Part shown: piece after piece, positions 9,282 through 19,503 of the stretch | Numbering within the stretch: position 1 is the stretch's first letter | Layout: each line of letters starts with the position of its first letter | Source: a virus | Lineage: Duplodnaviria > Heunggongvirae > Uroviricota > Caudoviricetes | Virus record (IMG/VR): IMGVR_UViG_3300017705_000602 | Direction: 5' to 3' (one strand) | Length of the DNA stretch: 64,000 bases | The notes under the pieces: model-generated | Database searches by the model: none | What the model was told of the DNA's origin: nothing | What the model saw: only the letters and a program-made list of their open reading frames with translations | Position numbers and translations under genes: made by a program

Positions 9282-10559
9282 TTATTTAAGTTGTATCTGA
9301 CCTTGCTGGAATGTTAAGAAGTTAGTAGTCGACAATGACTCGCCGTCTTCGTTGACTTCGGTAAAAAATTCTTTACCGTCTGGTAACTTGCCTTCATTGT
9401 TAAGCACGTCGATATAAAAGCTTTTATTGAATTTATTATCTTTTTGCTTTGCAGACAATATAAACTGATATCTACCCGGCTCAGCATTTTTGTCCGAGTC
9501 AATAACAAGTCGTTTGTTGTCGATTTTTACAAACTGAGGCACGTGAGCATAACCTTCGGACGTTATGTCTTCGACATCTTCTGCTACTGCCAAGTCAATT
9601 TCGTGTGTGCCTGTATCTGCTTGAACTTCTGCAAGCTGACCACGACTCATCCACACTTCGCGATAGTGCTCGTTTTCTTGATATGCAAGTCGATTAGCAT
9701 CTTCGGCATATTTGTCTTCGTCGACAATGTATACAATATCTGGTATTGCAGTTTGATACAGTTTAGCAACAACTTCACTTGCACTAAGTGAATTGTTGGC
9801 ACTTAGGATATTCAAACACAGCCCTGTTACAATTGCCGCACTAGCCGAAGTAGATGTACCTGGCATAACCTTGGCGTATCCGTTAACATCAGCCGAAGTA
9901 ATGTCGACACCTGGTGCAAAAATATTAACGGCAGTACCATGATTAGAAGCAACATGAGGTTTTTCGTTCCACGGATGATCAACGTCAAGCGCACGATCGT
10001 AGTAATCAACTGCACCAACTGTAACTACACGCTCAATGCCTGCTGGCGAATATAAAGATGCATCCAGGCCTTTTTGCCCTGCTGAACAAACCACAACCAA
10101 GTTGCTGTCGATCAGTTCGTTCACTTTGCGATCAATGTTTTCGTTACGCTCAACTATCCAAGGTAAGCAAACAACTTTGGTTTGATCTTTTGTGTGCATA
10201 TGATCTTTTAACACAGCATCAAGGGCATCCAGAACACGTAGTTCGTCTGCGTCATTGTCATCTGTAATGATATCCACAATGCGAATGGTTGCACCAGGTG
10301 CAACACCAAGTTCTTTTGAATTGATAATTGATGCTATTTGTGTTCCATGGCCATGTACGTCTTCAAACGTACCGTCGTGACTGTACAATTTTTCAATGTG
10401 CGAGTCAGACAGCATTTCGTGGTCTGCTTTTATGCCGCTATCGATCTGGTAACAAACTGTGTTTGCTCCAGTATGTAACGGGTCATACTTGTTTCTCAGT
10501 GGCAAATTCTTTGTCACTGTTCTGTACTGGTGCCAGTTCTTGTTAACGGCTCTTGTCAT
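9282..10559 (-). CDS. S8 subtilisin-family protease
   Basis: IDSG, HGHGT, SNHG..IFAPG, GTSTSASAAIVTG. Confidence 0.85.
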   Translation of the reverse strand: MTRAVNKNWHQYRTVTKNLPLRNKYDPLHTGANTVCYQIDSGIKADHEMLSDSHIEKLYSHDGTFEDVHGHGTQIASIINSKELGVAPGATIRIVDIITDDNDADELRVLDALDAVLKDHMHTKDQTKVVCLPWIVERNENIDRKVNELIDSNLVVVCSAGQKGLDASLYSPAGIERVVTVGAVDYYDRALDVDHPWNEKPHVASNHGTAVNIFAPGVDITSADVNGYAKVMPGTSTSASAAIVTGLCLNILSANNSLSASEVVAKLYQTAIPDIVYIVDEDKYAEDANRLAYQENEHYREVWMSRGQLAEVQADTGTHEIDLAVAEDVEDITSEGYAHVPQFVKIDNKRLVIDSDKNAEPGRYQFILSAKQKDNKFNKSFYIDVLNNEGKLPDGKEFFTEVNEDGESLSTTNFLTFQQGQIQLK

Positions 10560-11478
10560 AGTTTTCTCCAAACTCAGCAAAGAGAGTCTTGATCTCTTCG
10601 GTAAGCGTTAAAATTATATTACTCATTGGTGGTATGTTTACAATACGCACTAACGGTTCCCTGTATAGCTCATTGAACTTTCTGCAGGTACCTATTTCTT
10701 TGTATTTATCTGAATAGTAAGCTCTGATTGCTTCGAATCCGGTCAGCTTGTTTTGCTTTGGCAACGATTGAAACCCTGCACGCCTATACAATTCGCACTT
10801 CCACGGATAGTTGTGTTGTTGCATGTTTACTGCACGTTCAACCCATGTTTCGCGTATGTTACCGGTGCGCGACATTTCAATTTGCAAACGCAGATATTTC
10901 ATGAGCAACGAGTAAGAAGCATTTGCCATGTTTCCTATGCCACCAAATTCTTGAGCGGCACGGTTATAACAAAAATGTCCAACATGCGTTGCATAAAAAA
11001 CAAAGCTGTTCACTGTTTTATCGCGACAAAAGAACATTGAGTCGCCGCCAAACACTACATTCGAGCCTACCCTTTCGGCAGCATGCATGTGACATGCCAG
11101 TTGCGGACTTTGTGTTTTATACTTGAGTGCATACTCAACATGATCGTCATTACCAAAGAATCTTTCAAAATCAAGTTCGTGTACTACAGTGTTAGGATCG
11201 TACTGCATTGCATTGTCGTAGTCTTCGCGATTGTAAATCTTACCTTGATTGACCAATGCAAGAAAATGTAAATTGTGAGCAATGTTATATCGCTTGCATG
11301 TTTCGGCAACAATCTCCGAATCGATGCCGCCACTGTACATGATGTTGATTTCGCCATCGATTGCTGACAACAAACGAGCATACTCATGCGGTATAGACTC
11401 GTCGCTTACGCCAGTGTCGTTAATGATTAAACGGTTATCAGCAAGTTGTACAAATTGGTCTACGCCAAATTTTTCCAT
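10543..11478 (-). CDS. PP-loop (N-type ATP pyrophosphatase-like) protein
   Basis: SGGxDS motif (YSGGIDS). Confidence 0.6.
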   Translation of the reverse strand: MEKFGVDQFVQLADNRLIINDTGVSDESIPHEYARLLSAIDGEINIMYSGGIDSEIVAETCKRYNIAHNLHFLALVNQGKIYNREDYDNAMQYDPNTVVHELDFERFFGNDDHVEYALKYKTQSPQLACHMHAAERVGSNVVFGGDSMFFCRDKTVNSFVFYATHVGHFCYNRAAQEFGGIGNMANASYSLLMKYLRLQIEMSRTGNIRETWVERAVNMQQHNYPWKCELYRRAGFQSLPKQNKLTGFEAIRAYYSDKYKEIGTCRKFNELYREPLVRIVNIPPMSNIILTLTEEIKTLFAEFGENYDKSR

Positions 11479-12939
11479 CTAAGAAAGTACCTTCACTCCG
11501 TACATATCCTCGAACGCGATTGCATCTCGTCTGGTGTTCACAATCGGTTGACCTTTGATATTTAAACTGGTATTTAATAACATTGGACAGCCTGTCTTTT
11601 CGTGCATCAGCTTTAGTGTTTCGTACAGCTCAGGATGATTATTCTGATTTACAGTTTGTACACGACTGGTGTTATCTGCATGCACAATTGCAGGAAAGTC
11701 CTGAGGATGCTTACACCGAAACGTGTATTGCATGTACGGGCTTGACTTCATGCCTTGCATGTCGAAGTATTCGTCGGCTAGCTCTTCTAATATAACAGGA
11801 GCAAACGGTCTGAACTCTTGACGTTTCTTGATTGCATTAACCCGATCTTTTATGTCGTTGCCACGTGGATCTGCAAACAACGAACGATTACCAAATGCAC
11901 GTGGTCCAAATTCGGCCTTGCCAGACGCTACTCCGACGATTTTGTCTTTTTGTATTCGTTCCACGATTTCTTCTGTTGGGTACGGTCCTTGTATTTCTGT
12001 CCCACTGTATGGACCACGCCAGTTGATTCGCCGGTTATCAAGAGCGAGACAAGCCCCCAAACTATTCCCAGCGTCACCAGGATTAGGCATAATCCAAGTA
12101 CTCCTGTAATAATCACTGAGCATAGAATTAGCAGTACAGTTGAGAGCAACGCCACCCATGTACACAAGATTATCCGACGGATACACTCTTTTACTATGTT
12201 GAAAAACTTCATGCAATTTCCTTTCTAATACGACTTGTGCCGAAGCTGCCAAGTCGTAGATGTCTGCACCGGGTATATAGTCTAAGCAACCGTGGTGCAA
12301 GTTTATTTTTGATTTTGCTAACTTGCGCGGGTAAAAGAAATCTTCTTCCATTTGGTCAGCATATATAGGCTTGCCATACGCGGCCATGCCCATAAGTATA
12401 TATTCATCTTCGTTAGGTTTCAGCCCAACACGCTGGGTTATTGCAGTATAAAATAATCCTAGGCTGTTTGGGTACTTTTGCGAGTAGAGTTTTTTCAATC
12501 TGCCTTGATTGAATTTCCATATAGTCAAGCAATCCCATTCACCGATTGCATCAATTACAATAACGCAGGCATCGTCGTAACCTGACGTATAAGCACCAGC
12601 TGCCGCATGCGACTCGTGATGAGTAACATACGCAATCGGTACGTCTTTAAAACCAGTCATTGCACGAATGCGTTCTTCAACTGTGATACGGTCAAATGCT
12701 TTGTCCCATTGTCCACTGTACACTTGTCGTGTTCGTTTAAGAAAAGGGTTTTCGTAGTATGCAATTACTTCTGGTTGACCGTGAGCAAGTGCTTCGTCCA
12801 GTATAGCCGGGTTAAGATTTTTGTCGTTTTTAATGCGCGAATATCTTTCAGCATGCGCGCCAAACACAAACTCGTTGCCTTGCACAACCGACACAGCGGC
12901 ATCGTGTGAAAATGCCGATATACCAAGAATATTAGTCAT
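11479..12939 (-). CDS. NodU/CmcH-family carbamoyltransferase
   Basis: HDAA, HHESHAA, MGMAAYG, GGVALN, EFGPRAFGNRS, FRPFAP, LLNTSLN. Confidence 0.93.
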   Translation of the reverse strand: MTNILGISAFSHDAAVSVVQGNEFVFGAHAERYSRIKNDKNLNPAILDEALAHGQPEVIAYYENPFLKRTRQVYSGQWDKAFDRITVEERIRAMTGFKDVPIAYVTHHESHAAAGAYTSGYDDACVIVIDAIGEWDCLTIWKFNQGRLKKLYSQKYPNSLGLFYTAITQRVGLKPNEDEYILMGMAAYGKPIYADQMEEDFFYPRKLAKSKINLHHGCLDYIPGADIYDLAASAQVVLERKLHEVFQHSKRVYPSDNLVYMGGVALNCTANSMLSDYYRSTWIMPNPGDAGNSLGACLALDNRRINWRGPYSGTEIQGPYPTEEIVERIQKDKIVGVASGKAEFGPRAFGNRSLFADPRGNDIKDRVNAIKKRQEFRPFAPVILEELADEYFDMQGMKSSPYMQYTFRCKHPQDFPAIVHADNTSRVQTVNQNNHPELYETLKLMHEKTGCPMLLNTSLNIKGQPIVNTRRDAIAFEDMYGVKVLS

Positions 12940-13036
12940 ACGTGTATGGGTCTCGCTTTTTTGCTTCTTTGGCTTTCTTTTTGTAGTGCCTTTTCATTTT
13001 CCAGTTATGCAATTTTTCTTTGAACCAGTTTATCAT
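12932..13036 (-). CDS. small basic protein (34 aa) upstream of carbamoyltransferase
   Basis: Manual translation MINWFKKKLHNWKMKRHYKKKAKEAKKRDPYTYD; overlaps next start. Confidence 0.6.
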   Translation of the reverse strand: MINWFKEKLHNWKMKRHYKKKAKEAKKRDPYTYD

Positions 13037-13057
13037 TGTGTACCCTTACGGTTTAGT

Positions 13058-13077
13058 TAAATACAGTGTTATTTATA
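13058..13077. promoter_or_regulatory. pair of T4-like late promoter motifs on opposite strands
   Basis: TAAATA on + (13058-13063) and perfect TATAAATA on - (13070-13077); the same hexamer precedes genes at 2009, 4715, 14233, 15641(-), 21275, 23152(-), 36508, 39023. Confidence 0.6.
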
Positions 13078-13095
13078 TTTCACTAGGAAACTTAC

Positions 13096-14235
13096 ATGCT
13101 AAAAAAGAACCAAACCATACATCCCCCAATTGAAAAGATTGCCTTTGCTTTATCGCACGATTTTTGCGATAACGGCAATACGTTAGCAGTAAGAGCACTC
13201 GGTAAGTTCGACAACAAAGAATACTTGTTTGTGTACAAGAAACATAACGGCCAATTTGAACTTGCGGACACCTTCTCGCCGGACTGGTGGCATAACAACT
13301 GGCAATGCAGTATACGCGGAATCAACAACAGCATATATTTTGTTGCAGTTGATACAGACAACAGAACAGGTCATGTGATGTGTTATCGCAACAGCGAATT
13401 TGTCACAGTGTTCACAGTTAACGACTGCGAAAAGACGCTGGGCATGAACGACAAAGGCATCGCAGTTAATCACAACGAAACTGTAATTGCAGTTTCGAAC
13501 ATTGCAGTGAGCCAGCACAAAGACAAAACATTAAGGTACGATAGTAAAATTATACTGTATCGGACCGAAACCGATTGCACATCTTGTGTGACTACCGAAC
13601 ACAGCATTGGCAACAATCGATTGTGGAGTTTTCGCAGTTTAGCATTTGCAAACAATCATTTGATAGCAGGGTCACCTGATCTAACATTTACAGCAAATAC
13701 ATCGGACACCATGTCAAGAGAATATGTTGGCAACCAGTCTCGAGTCGATGTGTTTGATCTTGATGGTAATTTATTACAACAACTATCTGCTAAAGACGCA
13801 TCACGTGGGAATTTCTTCGGAACCGAGATTGAAACTTCATTAGACGGCAACACGCTGATTGTTATGGCGCCTGCACAGGACGACAAAAAAGGCTGTGCAT
13901 ACAAGTTTGAAAACTTAGACAATCACTGGCTACAAACAGGCAAGTACTGCCCAAGAGACATTGCAGTTCACACTGATATCAAGTATTCGTTGTACGGTTG
14001 CTGTGTAAACAACAACGGCAGTAGATTTATTCTGTCTGATGGATTATACGGAGCAATATATGTGTATAATAACGACCAGATAATTCATACTCACAAAGAA
14101 ATAAATAATTACAGCTGGTTCGGATTTGACATTAAAACAGACGAGCAATTTTCTCAGATTGCGGTAGTTGAAAAAGACGTTGAAAACAACCAGGAATCGC
14201 GTGGTGTACTACACCTTTATTCTCTCAACCGATAA
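13096..14235 (+). CDS. beta-propeller protein (FG-GAP-like repeats)
   Basis: Repeats such as FFGTEIETSLDGNTLIVMAP, LIAGSP, WFGFDI. Confidence 0.6.
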   Translation: MLKKNQTIHPPIEKIAFALSHDFCDNGNTLAVRALGKFDNKEYLFVYKKHNGQFELADTFSPDWWHNNWQCSIRGINNSIYFVAVDTDNRTGHVMCYRNSEFVTVFTVNDCEKTLGMNDKGIAVNHNETVIAVSNIAVSQHKDKTLRYDSKIILYRTETDCTSCVTTEHSIGNNRLWSFRSLAFANNHLIAGSPDLTFTANTSDTMSREYVGNQSRVDVFDLDGNLLQQLSAKDASRGNFFGTEIETSLDGNTLIVMAPAQDDKKGCAYKFENLDNHWLQTGKYCPRDIAVHTDIKYSLYGCCVNNNGSRFILSDGLYGAIYVYNNDQIIHTHKEINNYSWFGFDIKTDEQFSQIAVVEKDVENNQESRGVLHLYSLNR

Positions 14236-14264
14236 ATAGTAAAAACAAAACAAACAGGATTATT

Positions 14265-14642
14265 ATGAATAAATCAGTAAATCCAAACGGTATTTTATTA
14301 TCTTTTGTGTGGTTCTTTTGCGGACTAATTACTAGCTTTTTTGCAATCAATACGTGGGTGGTGCAGCCACACACTGTCAAAGCAAACTACATGTTAGATA
14401 CAGTAGTAAAAGATGCACAACGGCTCGAAAACTACGGCGCATTAACAATGGTCTCGCAGTGTCAAGAACTTGGTTATGCATTTGTTGCATACAGCGAGAA
14501 CAACGGATATTTAATTGAGTGTAACAATCAGTCGATTGCTCATTTAACCGGGGATGAGTTTGACAGCAAGCAAGGTCAGTACAAAAAGTTTGCATCCAAA
14601 CTGTCGGACCGACCTTTAGTGTCAGTTGATCAAGAACAGTAG
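14265..14642 (+). CDS. membrane-anchored hypothetical protein
   Basis: N-terminal TM helix. Confidence 0.65.
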   Translation: MNKSVNPNGILLSFVWFFCGLITSFFAINTWVVQPHTVKANYMLDTVVKDAQRLENYGALTMVSQCQELGYAFVAYSENNGYLIECNNQSIAHLTGDEFDSKQGQYKKFASKLSDRPLVSVDQEQ

Positions 14643-15029
14643 CTATTCAATTCCGTGCCATTGATCTCCGGGGTTATAGCCGGAGATCGCTATCCACTTA
14701 TATCCTTCGCTTGTTAGCGAGTCTTTAGTTTCAAGCCCTCGGTAACGATTGTCAAGTATGTACCCTTCGACTTCAAGTACTAAATGCCCTTCGCCTGTTT
14801 CGGTGTAGCACACTACCAATCTCGAATTATCTAAACCTGCTTCACGGCACAAACTGCGACACATCATTGCAAAATCATCACAGTCACCTTTAAAGATCAT
14901 GCCTTCGGAAAACTCTGGTGGCACTGACCATTTTTCACTTTGGCCGTATTGTTTTTTATCTGTGGTGTATCGGAAAGATTCAAACACTTTGCCGTGTATG
15001 TCCGATAACTGTTCTTTAAGATTGCTCAT
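14643..15029 (-). CDS. transglutaminase-like cysteine peptidase (BTLCP/C93)
   Basis: GDCDDFA, GHLVL, ILDN Cys-His-Asp triad. Confidence 0.85.
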   Translation of the reverse strand: MSNLKEQLSDIHGKVFESFRYTTDKKQYGQSEKWSVPPEFSEGMIFKGDCDDFAMMCRSLCREAGLDNSRLVVCYTETGEGHLVLEVEGYILDNRYRGLETKDSLTSEGYKWIAISGYNPGDQWHGIE

Positions 15030-15423
15030 TGTGATACTCCTCGTCTAATCTTATATATTCTTCTTTGTCTAGCTTTTGGTAGCCCGATTCAAACAAGTGT
15101 TCTGCTAAGTCTGTAACTATACCGTCGTTGTTTTCGAACCTCACAACTGCAACATAGCGATACTTGCCTCGCTTTACACTATCTATTAAAACCACTTTGC
15201 CTTCGATAAGTTCTTTTACATGCGCAGTTGCTGATTCACCGTGCCGGCGCTCAGACTCGTACTTTGGTCGCCATGTCTCGGGTGCATCGAAGTCTCGGGT
15301 AGCACCGGTCAATCTAAATCGTGTGTTTAACGATATGCCGAAACCCAAGTCGACCAGTATGTCGAATGTGTCTGCATCAACTACTCGCTCTACTAGGCCT
15401 TGATATATCCATTCTTTGAGCAT
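15016..15423 (-). CDS. thermonuclease (SNase)-family protein
   Basis: RVVDADTFDILVDLGFG, DAPET, GKYRYVA. Confidence 0.85.
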   Translation of the reverse strand: MLKEWIYQGLVERVVDADTFDILVDLGFGISLNTRFRLTGATRDFDAPETWRPKYESERRHGESATAHVKELIEGKVVLIDSVKRGKYRYVAVVRFENNDGIVTDLAEHLFESGYQKLDKEEYIRLDEEYHNEQS

Positions 15424-15623
15424 TAGCAGTCCGCAGTAAGTTGATCGTCAGGATTCTTTTTGTTATGTTCTTGTATTTCGCGTTTGAGTTCTTCGCAACC
15501 TAAAATTTCATAACGTTGCTCAGTTGGAGTAAATTGCGATGGTTTGCTGTCTATTTCGTTTTCTGAATTAGAGCATGCAGATACTAGGAGGGTAGCAAAC
15601 AAAGCAAAAAGTAACTTTTTCAT
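15423..15623 (-). CDS. lipoprotein
   Basis: Signal peptide with lipobox VSAC. Confidence 0.75.
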   Translation of the reverse strand: MKKLLFALFATLLVSACSNSENEIDSKPSQFTPTEQRYEILGCEELKREIQEHNKKNPDDQLTADC

Positions 15624-15657
15624 GGTATTCCTTTTTGCTTTATTTATGCGTATATTT

Positions 15658-15939
15658 TTATTTTCTAACTTTTCTTACCAAGCGTTCTACTTGGCCCCAC
15701 AGTGTCGGATCAATAATGTCCTTGTCGATGTCAATGCCGTATAATGGATTTCCGCCTACGTTGATAGTGTCCGGGAATACCAAAGAGATACACTCATCTT
15801 TGAGATTGCCTTGTACCTCGATTGTACCGTGCTCTATAAGCGAAGAAAACATAGTCCACTGCTCGAATATCTGATCGCGCACATGATCTTCTTCTTCGTA
15901 GTCTTCAGCAATAAACAGCTTGAACATTTCTACTGACAT
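15658..15939 (-). CDS. hypothetical protein
   Basis: 93-aa ORF with SD. Confidence 0.65.
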   Translation of the reverse strand: MSVEMFKLFIAEDYEEEDHVRDQIFEQWTMFSSLIEHGTIEVQGNLKDECISLVFPDTINVGGNPLYGIDIDKDIIDPTLWGQVERLVRKVRK

Positions 15940-15995
15940 GGTAATTACCTTGTATTAATTGTGTGTTGTAAAGATAGCATTGTCGTCGCGCAAAG

Positions 15996-16370
15996 TCAAA
16001 CGGTTTTTTCTTTTAATGCTTTAACCACCATGCGTGTCTCAGGACTGGAGTAAGGCAAAGAAAAACCAATAATCTCGATTGGTCCTTCTTCGTGCTTTTT
16101 TAAATTCATAGACAATACAAAATTGTTCTCGAAATCAACACCACCGGGACTCATGGTAATCATAAAAGGCAATTGATGCATGACATACATCTTGTCGTGT
16201 ACACGTTTAGTGGTTGATGTTAAGTAGTGTTTAAGTGTACTGAAGTTTAACACAAACAGCCATGCATGAAACTGTTCTGCGCTGTTGAATTCAACGGTGT
16301 CCTCTGATAGAATTAACCACGATAGTTCATCGCCAGTCATGCGGTGTACACCAAGGTTGCGCTTTTGCAT
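15996..16370 (-). CDS. hypothetical protein
   Basis: 124-aa ORF with AGGAG SD. Confidence 0.7.
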   Translation of the reverse strand: MQKRNLGVHRMTGDELSWLILSEDTVEFNSAEQFHAWLFVLNFSTLKHYLTSTTKRVHDKMYVMHQLPFMITMSPGGVDFENNFVLSMNLKKHEEGPIEIIGFSLPYSSPETRMVVKALKEKTV

Positions 16371-16579
16371 ACAATATTGTCTCCTTACAAATTATTCTGC
16401 AACATTAACACACCGAGATTATGAAGTCAAATTTTCCAGACCTGATTTGGTTAGATTTTTTGCCGACCTGGTCTAGAAAGCTTGCACACTTATACATGTG
16501 CATTTAACAAAACTTTTTATTGTGCGATTTTATCTTTTATGTTATAACTTACGTTGTCATGAAACAGTTAGAGGATCCC

Positions 16580-17314
16580 ATGGAAAAAACTGTACTATAT
16601 CACGAGAAGCCGAAGGGCTGGTCATATGCGTTAACACTGGCAACAGCAGTATCTTTATTAGTGTCATCGGTGTGCTTGATAACACTGATTGTATCTGGTG
16701 TACTGTTTAACGATCCTGCAAATTTTATTGTGTTTGCAACTGCTCCATTGGCACTAGTACACCTTGTTGTTAGTTCGTCTCTGTATATTAGCATCAGTAA
16801 ACACAGTTCATTAGCGGCAGAAATTCTGTTCGATGCAAAGGCAATTACCAGCGGTGTTAAACTAAAATCGTACAGTTCGGTCACTGTGCTAACAGTGTCA
16901 TTTGTGTTTATGTATTTTTGGTTATTGCCCTACGCATTTTATTTACTGATTAGATACAGAAAAGTATTGACTACCGCACTGGATCCTTTTTATGTTGTTG
17001 AAACGCCGGATCGTAATTTTTGCATAGCTTATGTAATGCACCGGTTATACAAAAAAGCATGGGACAAAGAAATTATCCCTGAAGACGTGCTCAACGAACA
17101 TTTTGTAAACATTGGCAACATCATGTTTATTCGCGATCGTTCTTCGGCTACCTTTTTACAGTTATCGTACACTGAAGAAAAGATATTGGAGGCATTCATG
17201 ATTGACGGAGAGGAGATATTCTCCGCAATGCACGATATAAGGTTAGAAATGTCGGCTGCTATTGACAGCACGCAGACCACAAAAGCAATAAAAAGATCTT
17301 TTAGATTTTGGTAA
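16580..17314 (+). CDS. membrane protein
   Basis: Three hydrophobic segments; C-terminus similar to next gene. Confidence 0.7.
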   Translation: MEKTVLYHEKPKGWSYALTLATAVSLLVSSVCLITLIVSGVLFNDPANFIVFATAPLALVHLVVSSSLYISISKHSSLAAEILFDAKAITSGVKLKSYSSVTVLTVSFVFMYFWLLPYAFYLLIRYRKVLTTALDPFYVVETPDRNFCIAYVMHRLYKKAWDKEIIPEDVLNEHFVNIGNIMFIRDRSSATFLQLSYTEEKILEAFMIDGEEIFSAMHDIRLEMSAAIDSTQTTKAIKRSFRFW

Positions 17315-17326
17315 AGGACCAAGCTC

Positions 17327-18058
17327 ATGGATGTACTAATAACAGTTCGAAATAAACTAATCGTATTCGTTGTCGCATGTGCCAACGTTTGGGTAACATT
17401 CTGCATAGGGTATATATTGTACCATGCGATATTTAAACAAAGCTTTCAACTCCCGTTTGAAAATAATTTTTTACCAACAATGGCAACTTCTGTTGCATGT
17501 GTAGTATGGGTGTTTTCTTTTAAGATTATACCCGACATTACCATTTCCGATGGGGTTGGAAAATACAAATCAATTACACAAGTTAAACACCCTGGCCGAG
17601 CACTGATTGCAATCATGCAAATGATTAGAATGCTGATTATTTTTGTGCCTGTACCAATCGCGTACCTAGCAGTTGGCATCCGAAATCGTAAGTGTTGCTG
17701 TATAATGGCAGATCTGCGTGTAAACAGATACACCATTGAACTGCGCAAGGCCAATCTCAAACACGATAACGACAACTATATTACGCAAGAAGATTTTGAG
17801 GAACACTTTGTATGCGACAACAAAGGTGCGTGCATAATAAAAAACACAGACTCTCTCACATACTTGTTATTAACATATAACAAAGAAAATATATTAAGAT
17901 CATTTGGCTATTTAGAGGAACGCGATTTTAATAATATCCCTCGCTACTTATTATCAATGTTTGATGCTCCGTGTCCAGTTACAAGAAAGATACAGCACGA
18001 GACCGGGCAGGAGGATTTAACAGTTGACCAAGTTCTCAATTATGTCAAATTTATATGA
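17327..18058 (+). CDS. membrane protein (paralog of upstream gene)
   Basis: Hydrophobic segments; EHFV...LLTYNKENIL shared motif. Confidence 0.7.
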   Translation: MDVLITVRNKLIVFVVACANVWVTFCIGYILYHAIFKQSFQLPFENNFLPTMATSVACVVWVFSFKIIPDITISDGVGKYKSITQVKHPGRALIAIMQMIRMLIIFVPVPIAYLAVGIRNRKCCCIMADLRVNRYTIELRKANLKHDNDNYITQEDFEEHFVCDNKGACIIKNTDSLTYLLLTYNKENILRSFGYLEERDFNNIPRYLLSMFDAPCPVTRKIQHETGQEDLTVDQVLNYVKFI

Positions 18059-18165
18059 CCTAAAAATAAAAGGTAAAAAAGAACCAAAAAGGTCTTGACC
18101 TATTTCTATGCTCCTGTATAATTGTTGACAGTTAGGTAATGCACACATGCACAGGAGCACATATT

Positions 18166-19320
18166 ATGTTTGTTAATATTCTTAAAGGTATACACCGCAA
18201 CAACGAAGTATCAGGCGTTTTCCCAGTTATTAAGCCTTTTAACGTTACACCAACTGGCCAAGGCCAAATACAAATACGCACCAGAATTGAGCCACCGTTT
18301 ACTGTTGACTCACCGCGTGTTAAGGTCGATGCCGAATCATTTTTTTACTGTGATGAGAACGGTGAGCAATTGGATGATCAGGCGTTAGCAGTTACGCCTA
18401 TGCTGGCAGCTTCTCCGGTAGCAGGCACAATGGCTGAGCCAATGATCGACTACGAGACTCGTGTACTACAGAACGAGTCGGAAGAAGATGCAATCGAACG
18501 TATCCGTCATACATTTGACATGTACGAAAAGTCTGCAAAGGCAACTATCAATGGCGCTATGCGTGGCTTGATCGTGTCGGGTCCTCCGGGTATTGGTAAG
18601 TCACACGGTGTTATGGAGATGTTGCAACACCCAGAGCGTCAAACATATCAGGCCCTGGCAGGTAACTTTGGCGGCGAGCTTGATTACGAAGTTATTTCGG
18701 GTTCATCGTCAGCAATTGGTTTGTATCAGAAACTGTATCACTTTCGCAAGCCCAACTCGGTGCTAGTGTTTGATGACTGTGACGAGATCTTTGCTAACGA
18801 AGAAAGTCTTAACTTGCTCAAGGCAGCACTTGACAGTTCGGACAAGCGTACTATTTCTTGGAACAAACAATCGCGAGTGCTTGAAGAAGAAGGCATACCA
18901 CGTGTGTTTGACTTTGAAGGCAGTGTTATTGTTCTTACTAACATTGACTTCGAGCGTGCTCGTAACACGTTACGCAAGCATTTAGACGCTATGATTTCAC
19001 GTTGTCACTATGTGAATCTTGAGATTACTACAACACGCGACAAGCTGTTACGTGTTAAACAGATCATACGCGACGGCATGCTTACCAAGTATCGCTTTGA
19101 AGATGGCGAAGAAGAACAGATCATTCAGTACATGAATGATAACGGTGAGTATCTTAACGATATCTCGTTACGTATGGCAACCAAGATTGCCGACTTAGCT
19201 AGCAGTTTCCCACATGATTGGAGAGAGATGGCTGAGACTACATGTATGCATCGTGAAGCACGCTTTAAGCGTTTACACGAACGCCGTGAAGCTGCCAAGC
19301 AAGCAGAACTAGTAGAATAA
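18166..19320 (+). CDS. AAA/P-loop ATPase
   Basis: SGPPGIGKS, LVFDDCD, LLKAALD, SRC. Confidence 0.85.
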   Translation: MFVNILKGIHRNNEVSGVFPVIKPFNVTPTGQGQIQIRTRIEPPFTVDSPRVKVDAESFFYCDENGEQLDDQALAVTPMLAASPVAGTMAEPMIDYETRVLQNESEEDAIERIRHTFDMYEKSAKATINGAMRGLIVSGPPGIGKSHGVMEMLQHPERQTYQALAGNFGGELDYEVISGSSSAIGLYQKLYHFRKPNSVLVFDDCDEIFANEESLNLLKAALDSSDKRTISWNKQSRVLEEEGIPRVFDFEGSVIVLTNIDFERARNTLRKHLDAMISRCHYVNLEITTTRDKLLRVKQIIRDGMLTKYRFEDGEEEQIIQYMNDNGEYLNDISLRMATKIADLASSFPHDWREMAETTCMHREARFKRLHERREAAKQAELVE

Positions 19321-19325
19321 TTAAC

Positions 19326-19344
19326 AGGGCCGCAAGGCCCTTTT
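19326..19344 (+). terminator. intrinsic terminator
   Basis: AGGGCC-GCAA-GGCCCT-TTT. Confidence 0.75.
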
Positions 19345-19503
19345 AACATGCTGTTAACAAAGATAATTTTTTACTGCTTTTTAAAAAAACAGGTTGCACA
19401 AAGTTTATACGGTGCTATAATACACAGACTTAGAAAGTAACTAAGTTACACACAAAACAAGTGAACACAACACATTTTTTCACTACCTAAAAAGGAATTG
19501 ACT

